Assembly: GCF_024521635.1 (NCBI RefSeq)
Contig: NW_026250419.1
Span: 806,001 to 869,811 of the forward strand
Length of the DNA stretch: 63,811 nt
Reading direction: 5' to 3'
From: Tricharina praecox
Lineage: Eukaryota
Shown here in pieces: positions 1-12,169 of this stretch (its first letter is position 1; the number at the start of each line of letters is the position of its first letter). The notes beneath the pieces were generated by a model. The model was not told where the DNA came from, ran no database searches, and worked only from the letters and a program-made list of their open reading frames with translations. A program made the translations under genes and the position numbers.

Positions 1-1583
1 TCCTCGTCACCATCGATCAAGTGCTCGGATTAAATACAGCAGCCTTGTAGCCAAGAAGTGCCTACCCAAGTAAGCAAGTGTCCAGCTCCACGCCGTAGAC
101 AAGCATTGCAAGGATCACCTTCGAGACACCTGCGACTGCAGCGCACTAGAGCTCTTTTTCTTTTTTTTTTTCTTTCGCTTTTTCTCGCTCGCGTGAGGGC
201 GGGCCCGAAACGATTGGTGTTCCGGAGATCGGGCCGCAGGAGTCGTCAGTTCGTCAGTGGTTAGTCGTCAGGCCAGTCAAATGTTTCCAGAGTTCGGATG
301 TAGCATACCCACGGTACGCTCGCCTCCAAAGCTGACCACGCACGCGTCAAAATCGCTCGCTCGCTCGATCGCGGTCCATTCGGCCTTCGCAGCCGTTTCA
401 TCCTTCGTTCTCTGCCGTCTTCTTCTTTCGCTTCATTCGTTTGTCGGCCCTGGGGCGTTCCTGACTTGTCGGACGGCCATCCCGATCTCGACCACCTGTA
501 TGGCTCAACCATAGAGTGCCGCACACCCATCCATGGCGATAATAACAATACCACACGCACCGGCAATCATAACGCCCATGTCGAGTACACTCGATCTACA
601 TGCCAACCGTCCACCGCCCACCTATCTGCCTATCCTTTCTATCTCCATCCTGCTGCCGATGAGCTGACTCGCCTCGTCCACCAGCGCCTCAACTGACCGT
701 CCTCCGCCTCCTCCTCCTCCTCTCCCTCCTCCTCCGCGCCTCGCCTAGAATTGCGCCGTGAGTCCTCTCCGCATTCCGCAGCTGACACCCGCCACTTGCC
801 CCACATTGTCTCAGCTCGGCGTTCCGTTGCCAATCCCGGAGACTCTGCGGCGCAAAACCGCATCATTCAACGCACTCATCCAGCTAGCATGACCGCCTCC
901 GACCAGGTGTGGGTGTCACCCACACTCCGCCTTCTGACTCCCGGACCACTCTGCCAGCTCTAGGCATACATCATCGACACCGCAGCGACACCAGCAGCAG
1001 CGAAGCCAGCAAACCTTCGCGAAACTGACGCTGGCAACCACTCTGTCCGAGACTTACTGCGAACCAGACCTGGGTAGAGTAGAGTACTGCGAGCCAGAGT
1101 GAGGTACATTCATTCCTTCCCCGATAGTTACAGCCCACCCGCACTCCTTCGCCCCCCCTCCTCCCGAAATAAATAAAAACCCTCTCCGTCTCTTCCGACC
1201 CCCGGTCCAACTGACTGACTCTACTTCCCTTTATCCACCGCCGCCTCATTCTCCTCCTTCTCCTTCTGCTTCATTCTTCCCCCCCCCCATTCAACTCATC
1301 CACCTACAGAAACCTCTCACAACCCACTATATTCTATTCCATCACCCCGTTTTTACCCCGCCGACGCGTCGGAACAACTTGAAAAGCAAACGGAATTTAA
1401 TATAAAAAAAAACCCCCCTCCCCCACCACCGGTCGAACCCGAATCGAGAATCCGAATACGAACCCCCCTTCGCACCACGAACCACCCAGTTGCAGCTCCC
1501 ATAACCTCTCCCGCCACCTTTCGTCTGCCCGAACTGGCTCCCCCACGCCAGCTATACAAGTCTCCGAACCTCCTACGACCACC

Positions 1584-2075
1584 ATGAGTCCCGTAAATGC
1601 ACATGCCCTGAACACCACATCACATGCGTCGACTCCTCGTCGAGCCTCCTCCGCCCGAACCTCCATCTCGAGCAGCACAATGCACCACACCCTAGAACCG
1701 CTGCGGCCCACAACTACCACTACCCGCAAGCCCGCTGGCACCGGTCCAAACCGCATGCGTGCCACATCCATCACGGTCGTCGAACCGATCCGCGAGAAGC
1801 TCGTGCCCACACCACCCCCGAAACCCTCAAAGGCAAAGAAGACACTCAAGGTCCTGGGCGATGGCCTCGGCATGCTCGCCTACATGCTCTGCATCTGCTG
1901 CGTGCTCAGCGGAGAGCAGCGTCCTCAGGCGAAGAAGACTAGTAAGGGGTACTATTACCAGTACGATGAGGGGTTCGCTGAGATGGAGGGGACGAGAGTG
2001 AGGAAGGTTGAGAGCAGTGGGCAAACCTCCGTCGGCTCGAAGCCGAGGAGTGAAAGGGTCGAGAGAGTTCGGTAG
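1584..2075 (+). CDS. Hypothetical 163-aa protein, S/T/P-rich N-terminus with one Cys-rich hydrophobic segment
   Basis: ATG in good context (ACCACCATG), open to TAG 2073-2075. Pyrimidine-rich leader upstream and T-rich 3' region. Segment GLGMLAYMLCICCVLSG may be a palmitoylated membrane anchor. Confidence 0.55.
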   Translation: MSPVNAHALNTTSHASTPRRASSARTSISSSTMHHTLEPLRPTTTTTRKPAGTGPNRMRATSITVVEPIREKLVPTPPPKPSKAKKTLKVLGDGLGMLAYMLCICCVLSGEQRPQAKKTSKGYYYQYDEGFAEMEGTRVRKVESSGQTSVGSKPRSERVERVR

Positions 2076-4088
2076 GCCGATACTCTTCTCGCGATGGCTT
2101 TGGAGGAGGAGGAGGAGGAGGAGGAGGAGGGGCGGGTGGAGGAGGAGGATCGGCAGACATTGGATCAACACTGGCGCAGGTATGGCCCTGCAGCAAACCG
2201 GAATTGTGGGAACGGGGAATGAGAAAGGCAGCCTTGATGGGGAATGGAGAACACCGGTTTCCTTTGCTTCACTTTACTTCTGCGAGTGATCGACACGATT
2301 ACACTGCCGCCTGTGGTGTGTTTCAAGCATCCTTCTATGCAGCCTTCCAGCCTGTTTTGTTTTGTGAGATGCCGCCGGATGCAGAGTGCTGGTATTTCTT
2401 GTTTTTTTTGCTTTGCTTTGCGTTGCGCTGCTCTGTATCACCACTATGCTACCATACCGTACCGTACTATACCCTGTTTTTCTTTTTGTTCTTTCTTCTG
2501 TCTGTACACGGGTGTAAGGGTAAGTGGTGTACCTTCTTAAGCGCCATTTCGCGGTGGTGGTGCATCACTTACCCTCACACCCGAGTACTCAACATGGCCT
2601 CTAGCCTTTCTTTTCATTTCTTTTCTCGCCTTTTTTTTCACTACTCTACCATAGATTGGTCGGTCGGTCGGTGGGGCGGTGGGCGCTGGGTGGGGGAGTA
2701 ATCGGGACTGCGAATATGCTCACGTTTTCACATACCACTTTGGTAATGCATGCCTGTAGTTACATACTGCAGTGTGTCGAAAGGCAAGCGCTTGCTATCA
2801 TATCTGTTACCACGGTTCATGCGTGGGTGGGATATGCACTGGGAGGGGGTGTCGGTATTATATCGGCGACGTGGGGGAAAGCTTGGCGTAGCTGGCGTGC
2901 GTAGCTGGCGTAACTGGCGTGGCGGGCGTGGCGACAGGGCTGACTGGCCCACTGCCAAGGGAAGTCCAGGGGCAGAATTTGACGCCGGGGGATATGTCGG
3001 GGCCCGAGGAGAATGAGGGGCGGACCGTGGGGTGGGGGGGTATAGCGACGAGTGTTATACTATAGGTGAGGGATAACCATAGCACCTGGATTATTATGAC
3101 AGCTGGCGGCACACTATCGGAGCGATAGATGCGGTGATCACGCCGTATCACTCGGGAGACAACTTATCGCGCGCGCACGCATGGGAAATGCTTCACCGGG
3201 CTCTCCTGGGTCCTGGGAACTCTCCTGGGCGCTCTTCTGGGCGCTCTTTGTCGGGTTGGGGACGGACGTAAATACATAAATGATATGCGTCATGCTTGAA
3301 GCGAGGACGCCTAATGCGAAATGCGTGAATTTTTGTTTTGCAAGTACCTGGGGTACCTGGGGTAGAGAATATTGCGGCTTATCGAAGCTGCGGCTTATCG
3401 AATTGCAGATTTGTGGCGCAGGCTGGGTGGGCGGGGGCGGCTGGGGTGGTGGCTACTGGGGTAAGAGAAGAAGGAGGCAGTGCGTTGCTGACCGGGCCTA
3501 CTATTCTCGTATATCTACTCTACAGCTCTATATGAGTAGGAGCCAAAGGCGGAGGAAACGAAGGCGGAGGAGTAGGTTGGTGACTGGGGCTGGTGACTGT
3601 GGCTGGAGCTGGAGCTCGTGACTGGTCGTTGGGGCTGGTGACCGGAGCTGGTGACTGATGACGGTCAAGTGAGAACTTGAGAAAGCCCGAGAGCTGGAGG
3701 AGTTCCCAGAGGCCGTGTTAAGTACAATGGACTTCTTACTTGCTATACGGTAGGTAGATGAGAGTGATGTAGCATGATTCTTCACGTTTCTTTCCCGCGC
3801 TTGGGTCCACACAATATTAATACATCAAAGATCTGTCGCTAAACAGTAGAAGAAAAAAGGCAATGAAAGTAGGCCCAGCTTCTCTTGAAGTAAGAAGAAC
3901 CAGAAAATGGAAAAACAAACCTGTCCAGTAATCAGAAGCAACAAGGGTAAGAATTCAGCAGACAGAGACAATGAACAAACATAGAAGCAACAACACAATG
4001 AATGGCAAGTATCCTCCAGCAAAGAAGATAAGCAACCGTCAGTATGCAAGAGCGGGAGTCACAGCAGTAATATCACACACCATCCCCA

Positions 4089-5224
4089 TCACAAAACATC
4101 GTACCAATGCAACGTGTCACTCTCCATGCTAGCATACGACGCACATTCATCACAAAGCACTTTTTCTTGAGTAATTTCCGAAGCATCATCGGGCAGGATG
4201 TCCCTCTCCATCCACGTTGCGATCGTTGTCACGAGCGTGGCAAAGCCCAGATCCAGCGCGGCAGCAGAAGCGATATTGAACCAGGTGACGCCGTTGGGGC
4301 AGATCAGGAACGCGCACAGGACGTTGATGGCAACCAGCGAGGTCACAATGTTGAGCCCGGCATCGACGATGGCTTTCTTTTTCTGCTTGCGCTGCTGGAG
4401 GTATTGCTCCGGCGGGTGGATGGTGGGGTGGTATGGAGATGCGACGTCGGCCAGTATGAGCCGGTCTCGCCGGAGATAGGGCCAGACGGAGGACATCGAG
4501 ATGAAGAGGCATACCACAGTCGTGTAGACTAGGAGGTAGGTTGTGGCTGGGACGAAGGACATTCCGATGCTGCAGGTTTTGGTGGGACTGGTGGGGATTA
4601 CGTCGTAACTGAGGATGTCAGTGAGCTGCGAATGACGAGCTGGTGAATGGAGTGCCATACGAGCTGAAGACCCAGAGCAGGGCTACCATGTATGGTCCCA
4701 AGATGGCGATATTGGCCGTGATGTTGAAGACGTTGGCCCGGCTCGTGGCCAGTCCCTCGCTCTTCCAGTGAGAGTATACCTGCCAACAGTTCAGCACACA
4801 GTCCGCGAGGCATCAAGGCTACCAAACCTTCTCACTGTACCACATGTACAGCATACTCTTTCCCATCAGCCAGAACGCAGCACAGACCATATACAGCGTC
4901 TCGCAATTCTGGAGTGAAGCATCGCTGCCGAACCACACTATCGCAGTAGCCATGCTCAAGACATAGCACTGGGTGATGACACAGATCGCGGCGGCATCTG
5001 TTGTTTGTGATGGCCTCAGTCAGCTCCACTCTCGTTTCCCAGCCGAGTGTCAATGTGCATCACGAACTGATTTTCCTCCAGTAAGCATTGAAGTCCGCAT
5101 GAGAACACATGGTCAGAGTTGCAAGCATGACCGAAGTAAACGAAAGCCCAAGAAGAACCACGAATGAGAAAGGAGCGAGGTTGTCCTGTGCGAAAGAGAA
5201 GGGAGTGAGTTCGACAGACGACAT
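4089..5224 (-). CDS. Multi-pass (about 7 TM) membrane protein, GPCR-like, 321 aa, 4 exons
   Basis: Exons 5224-5068, 4997-4828, 4779-4661 and 4608-4089 total 966 nt in frame. Three GT-AG introns of 70, 48 and 52 nt with CTGAC/CTGAA-type branch sites. Translation MSSVELTPFSFAQDNLAPFSFVVLLGLSF...KSMLYMWYSEKVYSHW...TCSIGMSFVPATTYLLVYTTVV...WFNIASAAALDLGFATLVTTIAT has about 7 hydrophobic segments. Confidence 0.8.
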
Positions 5225-5530
5225 GGTCACTGCAAAACGAAAGTGATTGTATGATGATAGTGTTCAGTGAGGTATGAGGGAATGTTGATGGATTCAGATG
5301 ATGACCGCAGCACACAAGTGAATTATAGGTGGCTGACGTACAAGGAATGTTTACATATACGGAATGTAGGTACAACACCGAAAATGCGAGTGACCCTAAC
5401 GGTAACGGCGAAATCACGTGACAGTCTCCCTCGGCAACTACCGTTGAAACCCCATTATGTAAATCCAAACCCGGCGCGAGACCGACGCCAGGCAACTGCT
5501 CTCAACAACACCACGACCATCGCCACCACA

Positions 5531-6660
5531 ATGTCAACAGATTCGACTCCCGTGCCGTCGGCACCTTCCTCGCGCACGACCACACCCAATCACTTCACCA
5601 GCCACACCGATACGCTCGAAGATGCGCTGAAGAACCAGACCGTTGGTCTCGTACACCTCGCCGACTTTAAGAAACGTAGGACCGAGCTTGCGGAGCAGCG
5701 CGATCGCCAGGCGGCAGAGAAGTTCCAGTCCACGAGAGGCGGGTCCGGAAACACGTCGAGAGAGGGCTCCGCCGGCCCCGATCAAGCTGCAAAGAAGAAA
5801 CGGAAGCCGGCGGTCGCAAAGGGAAAGCTGTCGTTTGGATTTGATGATGACGAGGAGGGTGGGGAGTCGAGGGGGAGCAGTGAGGAGAAGGACCGGTCGA
5901 GATCTGTTTCGAGGGGACCGGTGGAGGGCAGTGATGAAGGCGAGGCGATGAAGGAGGCGCCCGAGAAGAAGAGAAAGTTCAATCCGAAGCTGAAGGCGCC
6001 GCCACCGAAGGCTCTGACGAAAAGTACGCTGTTGAGGGAGGCCCAGGAGAGGGAAATGCTGCGGAGGGAATTTCTTCAATTGCAAGATAAGATCAAGAAT
6101 GAGGAGATCACGATACCATTTGTCTTTTACGACGGTAGGCTCATCCTCTCACTTATTGGCCGTGGACTTTGAAGGTTGATTAGATGTCTCCAGGCACGAA
6201 CGTAGCACCACCGAACGGCGAAGGAGTCACAGTCAAGAAGGGCGAGGCAGTCTGGCTTTTCTTGGAGCGCGCTAGACGTATGTCCGGACGACGGGAATGG
6301 CTCCGGGTTTCCGTCGACGATCTTTTACTAGTTCGCGGCGAGGTGATAATACCACACCACTACGAATTCTACTACTTCATCGCCAATCGGACGGTTGGAC
6401 CTCACGGGCTACTCTTCGATTATCCATCGGAACTGGACACTGCGAACCCAAACCCCAAGCCAGAATCGTCGTCGAATTCCGCCGAAACGGCACAGGGCGG
6501 TAAAGAGGATCCCACCATGACCAAGGTTGTCGACAGACGGTGGTACGAGAGGAACAAACACATATTCCCTGCCAGCATCTGGACGGACTTCGACCCGAAT
6601 GTGGATTACAAGGGAATGGTCAGGCGGGATTTGGGTGGGAATGCGTTCTTTTTTGGGTGA
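5531..6660 (+). CDS. xap5: XAP5/FAM50 family nuclear protein, 356 aa
   Basis: Exons 5531-6134 and 6194-6660 (59-nt GTAGGC..CAG intron). Family motifs LKNQTVGLVHLADFKKRR, KLSF, EEITIPFVFYDG-TN, VSVDDLLLVRGEVIIPHHYEFYYFI and KVVDRRWYERNKHIFPASIW. Confidence 0.95.
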
Positions 6661-7306
6661 TGGGACTTTGCGATGGGTGTACGATATGAAGCGTGTACTT
6701 TCGGGATGATATGTGAATCGAAGCTACAGCATGGACAAATACCTGCCTTAAGATTTGCAGCACGTGTACACGATGGTGTGCTGTTCCTCTGAGCGGGATG
6801 CTCTATTTACAATGATCTGGGCATTCTTCAGAGACAATATGAGTAATTTTTACCTAGTAATCGTTTGCTCTACATCAGAACGGGTATTTGGTAGTCTGAT
6901 ATCCTGTGTAAAAGGTGTCGCTCGATCAACCAGCCCACGACATCAACTGATAGTCCACCAACTCATATGAGTGAGTAGAAGACCATACCTGGTATCTTAC
7001 TAGACTGTGGTGACCACAAACCCGACCATTCCTGCCAGTTCCGAGTCCATAAAGAAGATTACCCAACTCGTCGCTGCTCGTCGCCCAATCGAGTGACTAA
7101 TCATGCGGGCTGCCATTTGTGTCTTGTCCCACCCGTCCTATCTCTTCTCGCCATTCAGACCAACCCCTCTCCACTGTCTCCCCACTTCATTCGCCCTCAA
7201 TTATTGCTGCACAAACGCCCAAACATACTTCTACCGCACGAACAACCCGCCTCGCCTTTTACGCACAGACTCGTATCGAACATACTCCGCACCGAGAGCC
7301 GTCACA

Positions 7307-8623
7307 ATGGGGGATTTCACATTAACCTGCAATGGCTGCCGCAGCGATCTAGGCTCAAGTGCGCTCATTACACGTTGCTGGTGACTGAACCATTTTCTCC
7401 ATTCGTCCAGAAGTCCCTCTAACGCCGTGAAGTCACATTTTCTGTGGACGGTGCAACGCCAGCAAAGTCGTCGTCGCCGAGAGGCAATGTGCGATCTGCA
7501 ATGAAACGTTGCAATCGGAGAACTTCATTGTTCAAAGAGCGTTAAAACCATCCGAAGAAGAGAGAGCGACGATGCTCTATGGATTGTCGCCGACGACCAT
7601 CATGGATATCTGTTGGCGCAGCCTCGAGTTTTGGAATTACCAGGAGGAGCAGGAGCGGTAAGTTCCTCCCCCTCTTCCGAAGGCACCATGTACTGAGGTT
7701 TATGGATAGACGCTATCAGGCGACAAATATGGAAAGACTGCAGAATAACTACAACCAGCTGCTCCATGCGCACCAGAGAAGCGTTGGGTTGGCGAACAGT
7801 AAGATGTTTGAGCTTAGGGAACGAATAAAGACCTTGCTCAGCAATGAACAGGAGTTGCGGCAGCAAGCAGACAAGGCAAGAGAGGAACTGAAGAGGATTG
7901 AGCCTAAGCTACTTCAGATGCAAGTCTGTTTCGCTGTATCATGCTTTTGTGGTCCGCAAGCCTAATGTGTTGCTGTAGGCGACGAACGAGAGAAACAGGC
8001 ATTCCCGTCACCTATCAGTCATGACGGCTCGGAGTACGGATAGGTCTTCAGCTGTAGACCTTACGGGAGAAGACCGGTTGCCGCAGCTCTCGCGAGGGCA
8101 ACACTGGCGGCCTTCTGTGGGCGCGGACTCGGGTGTTTCATTGTCCGGTTATCCTTCCCCTACTGGGACCATGGGCGGACCGCCTTATAAGCGTTATAGA
8201 ATGGAAACATCAGCAATAGACCAAGTTGCATTCCCGGGTACGTATGATCCCGCACATGCAATGCTCACATACTGACATGGATGGTTTAAAGCTCGTGATG
8301 ATCCGGCTTATAGGCCTACGGGGTTCTCTCCTCGGTCTAGAGCACAAAGACCTGTGGGCTTCGAGAGACGTGGGAATGAAGGAGAAGCGAGTATCTCTGG
8401 AAACCAGCTGCCTGGACAAAGAAACGCTGGGAAACGCCTAAACGCCAGTCCACTCTTCGCTGGCGGACCGCTAGAGAGGCCCGTAGTAGGGGAATCTCGG
8501 TCTCGCGCGGCATTCGGTGGGGATTATGTGAACGAGAGAGCCAGTGATGCCGGGCGTGGTTATGGTATGGGCAATAGGCCTCCCGGGGGAAATGGCGGTG
8601 GTGGCTTTGATTACAGAGTTTGA
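7307..8623 (+). CDS. hei10: HEI10/CCNB1IP1-like RING E3 ligase (meiotic crossover factor), 367 aa, 5 exons
   Basis: Exons 7307-7380, 7433-7657, 7710-7923, 7979-8237 and 8292-8623 total 1104 nt. N-terminal RING LTCNGCR...ITRCCHIFCGRC...QCAIC is followed by the HEI10 signature LKPSEEERATMLYGLSPTTIMDICWRSLEFWNYQ, then a coiled coil and a disordered tail. Confidence 0.88.
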
Positions 8624-8998
8624 GGCAGTGGCGAGGAGGAAAGAGCATTATCGGGCACTTGTATTCGTTATTGTGGCGGTTTGTGCTTGGGGTTTTGTAC
8701 GATTCTTAAGTACCTGCTTAAGTATGTGCCTCAGCACTTATCTATGGAACGGTGGTAGCAATTGCATTTTAGTATGATGCGGCATTTGACATGGATACCA
8801 TACCTGTTCATCCTATTTGGGTGTTTCCTAGTGTGCCTGACATTGATAGCATCCGCTCAACTCCACGCATAATCTATAACCTTACGTCCTGCTGCTCACC
8901 GCATCTTCGTACAATACCTCACGAGACATAGGCAGCCACATTTTCCCATCGACGACACCGCCCTGGGATCGAAAACTACAGCGAGACTTCATCGAATC

Positions 8999-11524
8999 AT
9001 GGGGACTGGTCTCTACGACTACGACGAAAAGCCCTGGGTTGTTTCTCAAACGGTGGCCTCATGGATCTCCGTCCTCGGCGTCGCCTTCGCCCTCTGGGCC
9101 ATCGTTCAAGAGCGAATCCAGCGAGTTCGCAGCCGGGACGATGCCCGCATCGCCACAGACCCGGTGAAGATGGACTACTTCTACGTCAAGCGTGCTTCGT
9201 GGCTGGCCACATTTTTGGGAGGAAGCACGGACCCACCCCAGCTGACCACTATCCGTGGGCTCATAGAAGCGGGGGATAACGGCTTGTGGACGTCTGCGGC
9301 CATCGACCAGGTGCGGAGGAGCTGGCATGATGAGATCTGTTGGGTCCCGCTTTATAGGTCTATCTTCAAGATGGTGGCAGAGGGCGAGGGACTACCAGGG
9401 GAGATGGAGTTCACGCCAGTCGTGAAGGAGTATATCAACAGGGCGCGGGAAGATGTTCGCAACGAGAAGCTGAGACATGCAGAAAAGATGGCGGAATGGG
9501 AGGAGTTGAAGCTGCACATCAATTCGGAGATTGAACCGCCGGATGGTCTTCCCGTGGTACTGGAGCAGTTGAAGCAGGATGTGCAAAGTCTAGGGGAACG
9601 ACATGTTCCTCCTCTGAGATCGCAACTCTACGAAGGCATGCCGGAGGGCGTAATTGCTGCAGCACCGTCGATTTCCAGGCTCGCAAGTTTTCCGGCACTG
9701 GAGACGTTATTCCAGTCCGGCCTTAGTTACGTCCGTGGAAAGAGCGATGCAGAGAAGACCCCCGAAGCCAGTGATGATACTCCTGTGGAAGCAAGGCTTC
9801 GACAACCACTACTAGTCCGCTGCATGAGAAGCCTCGAGCAGCCGAAAGTAGTGAGCCATTCGCCCGCAGTCCGACCACATTTTTCTAGAGCCAGAAGTAC
9901 GGGTATGATACCGGGCCGTGCAAAGCTCACTCGCTTTCATTCGTCCACGACTATCCACTCCGTATCCTCATCAATTTCCTCAAAAGTCCAGCTGAATGAG
10001 ATTGGCCGGCAGTTTAATAAGTGGCTTGGTTCCAGCGCGCTATCACTCGACCACCCTGGAAGTGGGGGTAGAGTGCCGACTTCGGAAGATTTTCTGCCCG
10101 AAGACGTGATGTTTCGACAGTTGAACAGCGGGCTCAATGATACCAGATCCAGCTGGATGTTGAATGGGAGAGCTTGCATCGAGGTTTCGCGGGAATCACT
10201 GGCAGCGTTGGCGCTCATCCTCGGTATCAGGCTCACAGTCAATGACTTCTCAAGTTCCATCTCGGGGTTTGGCGCGTTCGGTGCTTCGCTATATGTTTCG
10301 CAGTCTGGCGGGTATTGGAAACTCACCTTGCAATTTAGCAGCAGGGCACCGAGCCATGGTCACTCTCAGGGAAGTGGGTATGTCTCCCGAGCCCTCCGCT
10401 CAACTTTGAACTTGCTAACAGATCTAGTTATACCACATTGATGGCGAAGCATATTGCATGCGGCAGCATTCCATTCGCAAACTCAATTGTCCGGGTTCAG
10501 TCGATATACGTCACGTCTTCTGTGCTAAAGGCTATCAGAGAAGGCCGTCACATCAAGGACAGTGAGGAGTTTGGTGGCAGCTCACTGGAATACCTCCGCC
10601 GATTGCCGTCCGCAAAACAAGTCGATGCTTTCTATGGGACTACGAAGGAACCGGCTGATCTTCTCGGAGCGAAGATGAAGCGAGAGCTACGGGGGAAAGA
10701 GAGCGGTATGTTCATCACTACCACGAGAGACCGTTGATGCTAATGCCGCCTAAGGCTCTCGTGCTTCCCTCTCTTTCGACCTCCCACCGATGCATACACC
10801 GTCAACTTCTGCCCAAAAACACCCACTAGGCGTAATACTCGACGCCTGTGGCTCCCCTGTTGGTAGCAACTGTACCTGGCCACGTGCCGTCGTCGGCATC
10901 GCTTTCGGCGGACTCGTCCCTCAAGCCGCGCCCAACCTTGTTTCTGCGGTCCGCTTCACTATCAGCGGCTCCACTGGCAGCTGTGTCACTGCACTCGAAG
11001 AGCTAATCAACAAGCTCCACGGGCTAGCTAAAGAGTCCGAAGCATTCGGCCCTTACGTCGCTCACCGAGCGAGATACGGCGTTACAGTCGAGAACGTGGA
11101 TTATTGCGTGCCGGTACGCAGCCATCCCCGTGAAGCTGCTGCTCGGTTTTCTCGGTATGCCAACCTCATCGAGCGCCTAGTTGCCTGTTGCGACGTTCCG
11201 AACCCACTAGACGCTGTCTTCGAAGCATCCTGCGAACTCCTCGAGAACACATACCTCTCTGCTGTCCTTCAGGACGGAAAATACTCTGACGATCTCGGAC
11301 TAGCCGTGAAGAACGTTACCAGCGCCCTGCGTCGAAATGTGAGGGTTAAGGAATGTGCGGTTATCGTTAGATGTGTCCTAGCCGCGTGGGCGGAGCAGGT
11401 ACCGTTTGTTGAGCTTGTGGAGGAGGGACGGGGCAGCGAAGAGGGGGTGGAGGGAGTACAGTGGTGTCGCGCGAACCGGCAGGCTACATTGGAGGATTTG
11501 CCGGCAGTCTCGGCGATTGGTTGA
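8999..11524 (+). CDS. Conserved-looking hypothetical protein, 808 aa, with N-terminal transmembrane helix
   Basis: Exons 8999-10377, 10428-10705 and 10755-11524 total 2427 nt. Both introns have GTATGT donors and CTAAC/CTAAT branch points. Spliced junction reads GSGYTTLMAKHIACGSIPF. TM segment ASWISVLGVAFALWAIV. Confidence 0.8.
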
Positions 11525-12169
11525 ATTGTGTTTGTCTGGTTCATGACTGGCAAGTCATGGTGTATAATATTGGACGTTTTGAGAAGAGGAGACGGTGGAG
11601 TGACCACATTCTTGGTACAATTGGAAGTGGCAAGGTGGAATTTCAGTTGCAAGCGGAGCAACAGAGGTAGCTATTGATAGCAACTCACATTCGCTATCCT
11701 CTCTGCTCTCCGCCATATGCAACGTGTTTGAACGGACACCATTCGACACCTGGCGGTATTGCTTGTGAGTGATACCCAGTGACTGTACCTTGGCACGGCT
11801 GCCCAGTGCCGAGCCCCCGGGCCCGACTCTAGGGCCGCTGCCAATTTCCTCCATGCATCGCTAGACAATCCAACAGTGGGCTCACCTCATCATCGAGTAA
11901 CTAACACCCGCCAAACCGACATAACTGCGACTCTTCATGCGCGGTCCCCAGTCCCGCCGTACATCAACATGATATCCATCTTCACTTACTAATTTCTCAC
12001 CTTACTTTACTTACTTACCTTTCGCCTCGGACCCCCGCACCGCCCGACCTATCCGACCCCTACTGCGACGTAGTTCTCCGTCACTCCTTGAATTTCTCTC
12101 GACTCCGTTTTCTCCTACCTTTCACATCCTCACGTCGCGCGGCCGATCTTACCTTCTTCTCTCGACACC

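Noticed and set aside
5248..5343. Box C/D snoRNA (ATGATGA...ATGATGA...CTGA)
   Set aside because: I could not recognise an rRNA guide sequence, and the region coincides with the 5'UTR/promoter of the minus-strand 7TM gene. It would need a snoscan or Infernal run.
5267..5530. N-terminal extension of XAP5 given by the ORF track
   Set aside because: It starts at GTG and overlaps the divergent promoter. ATG 5531 has a good context (CCACAATG).
7920..7925. GC-AG donor (GCAAGT) for HEI10 intron 3
   Set aside because: It leads to a stop about 14 codons into the next exon, whereas the GT donor at 7924 keeps the frame open.
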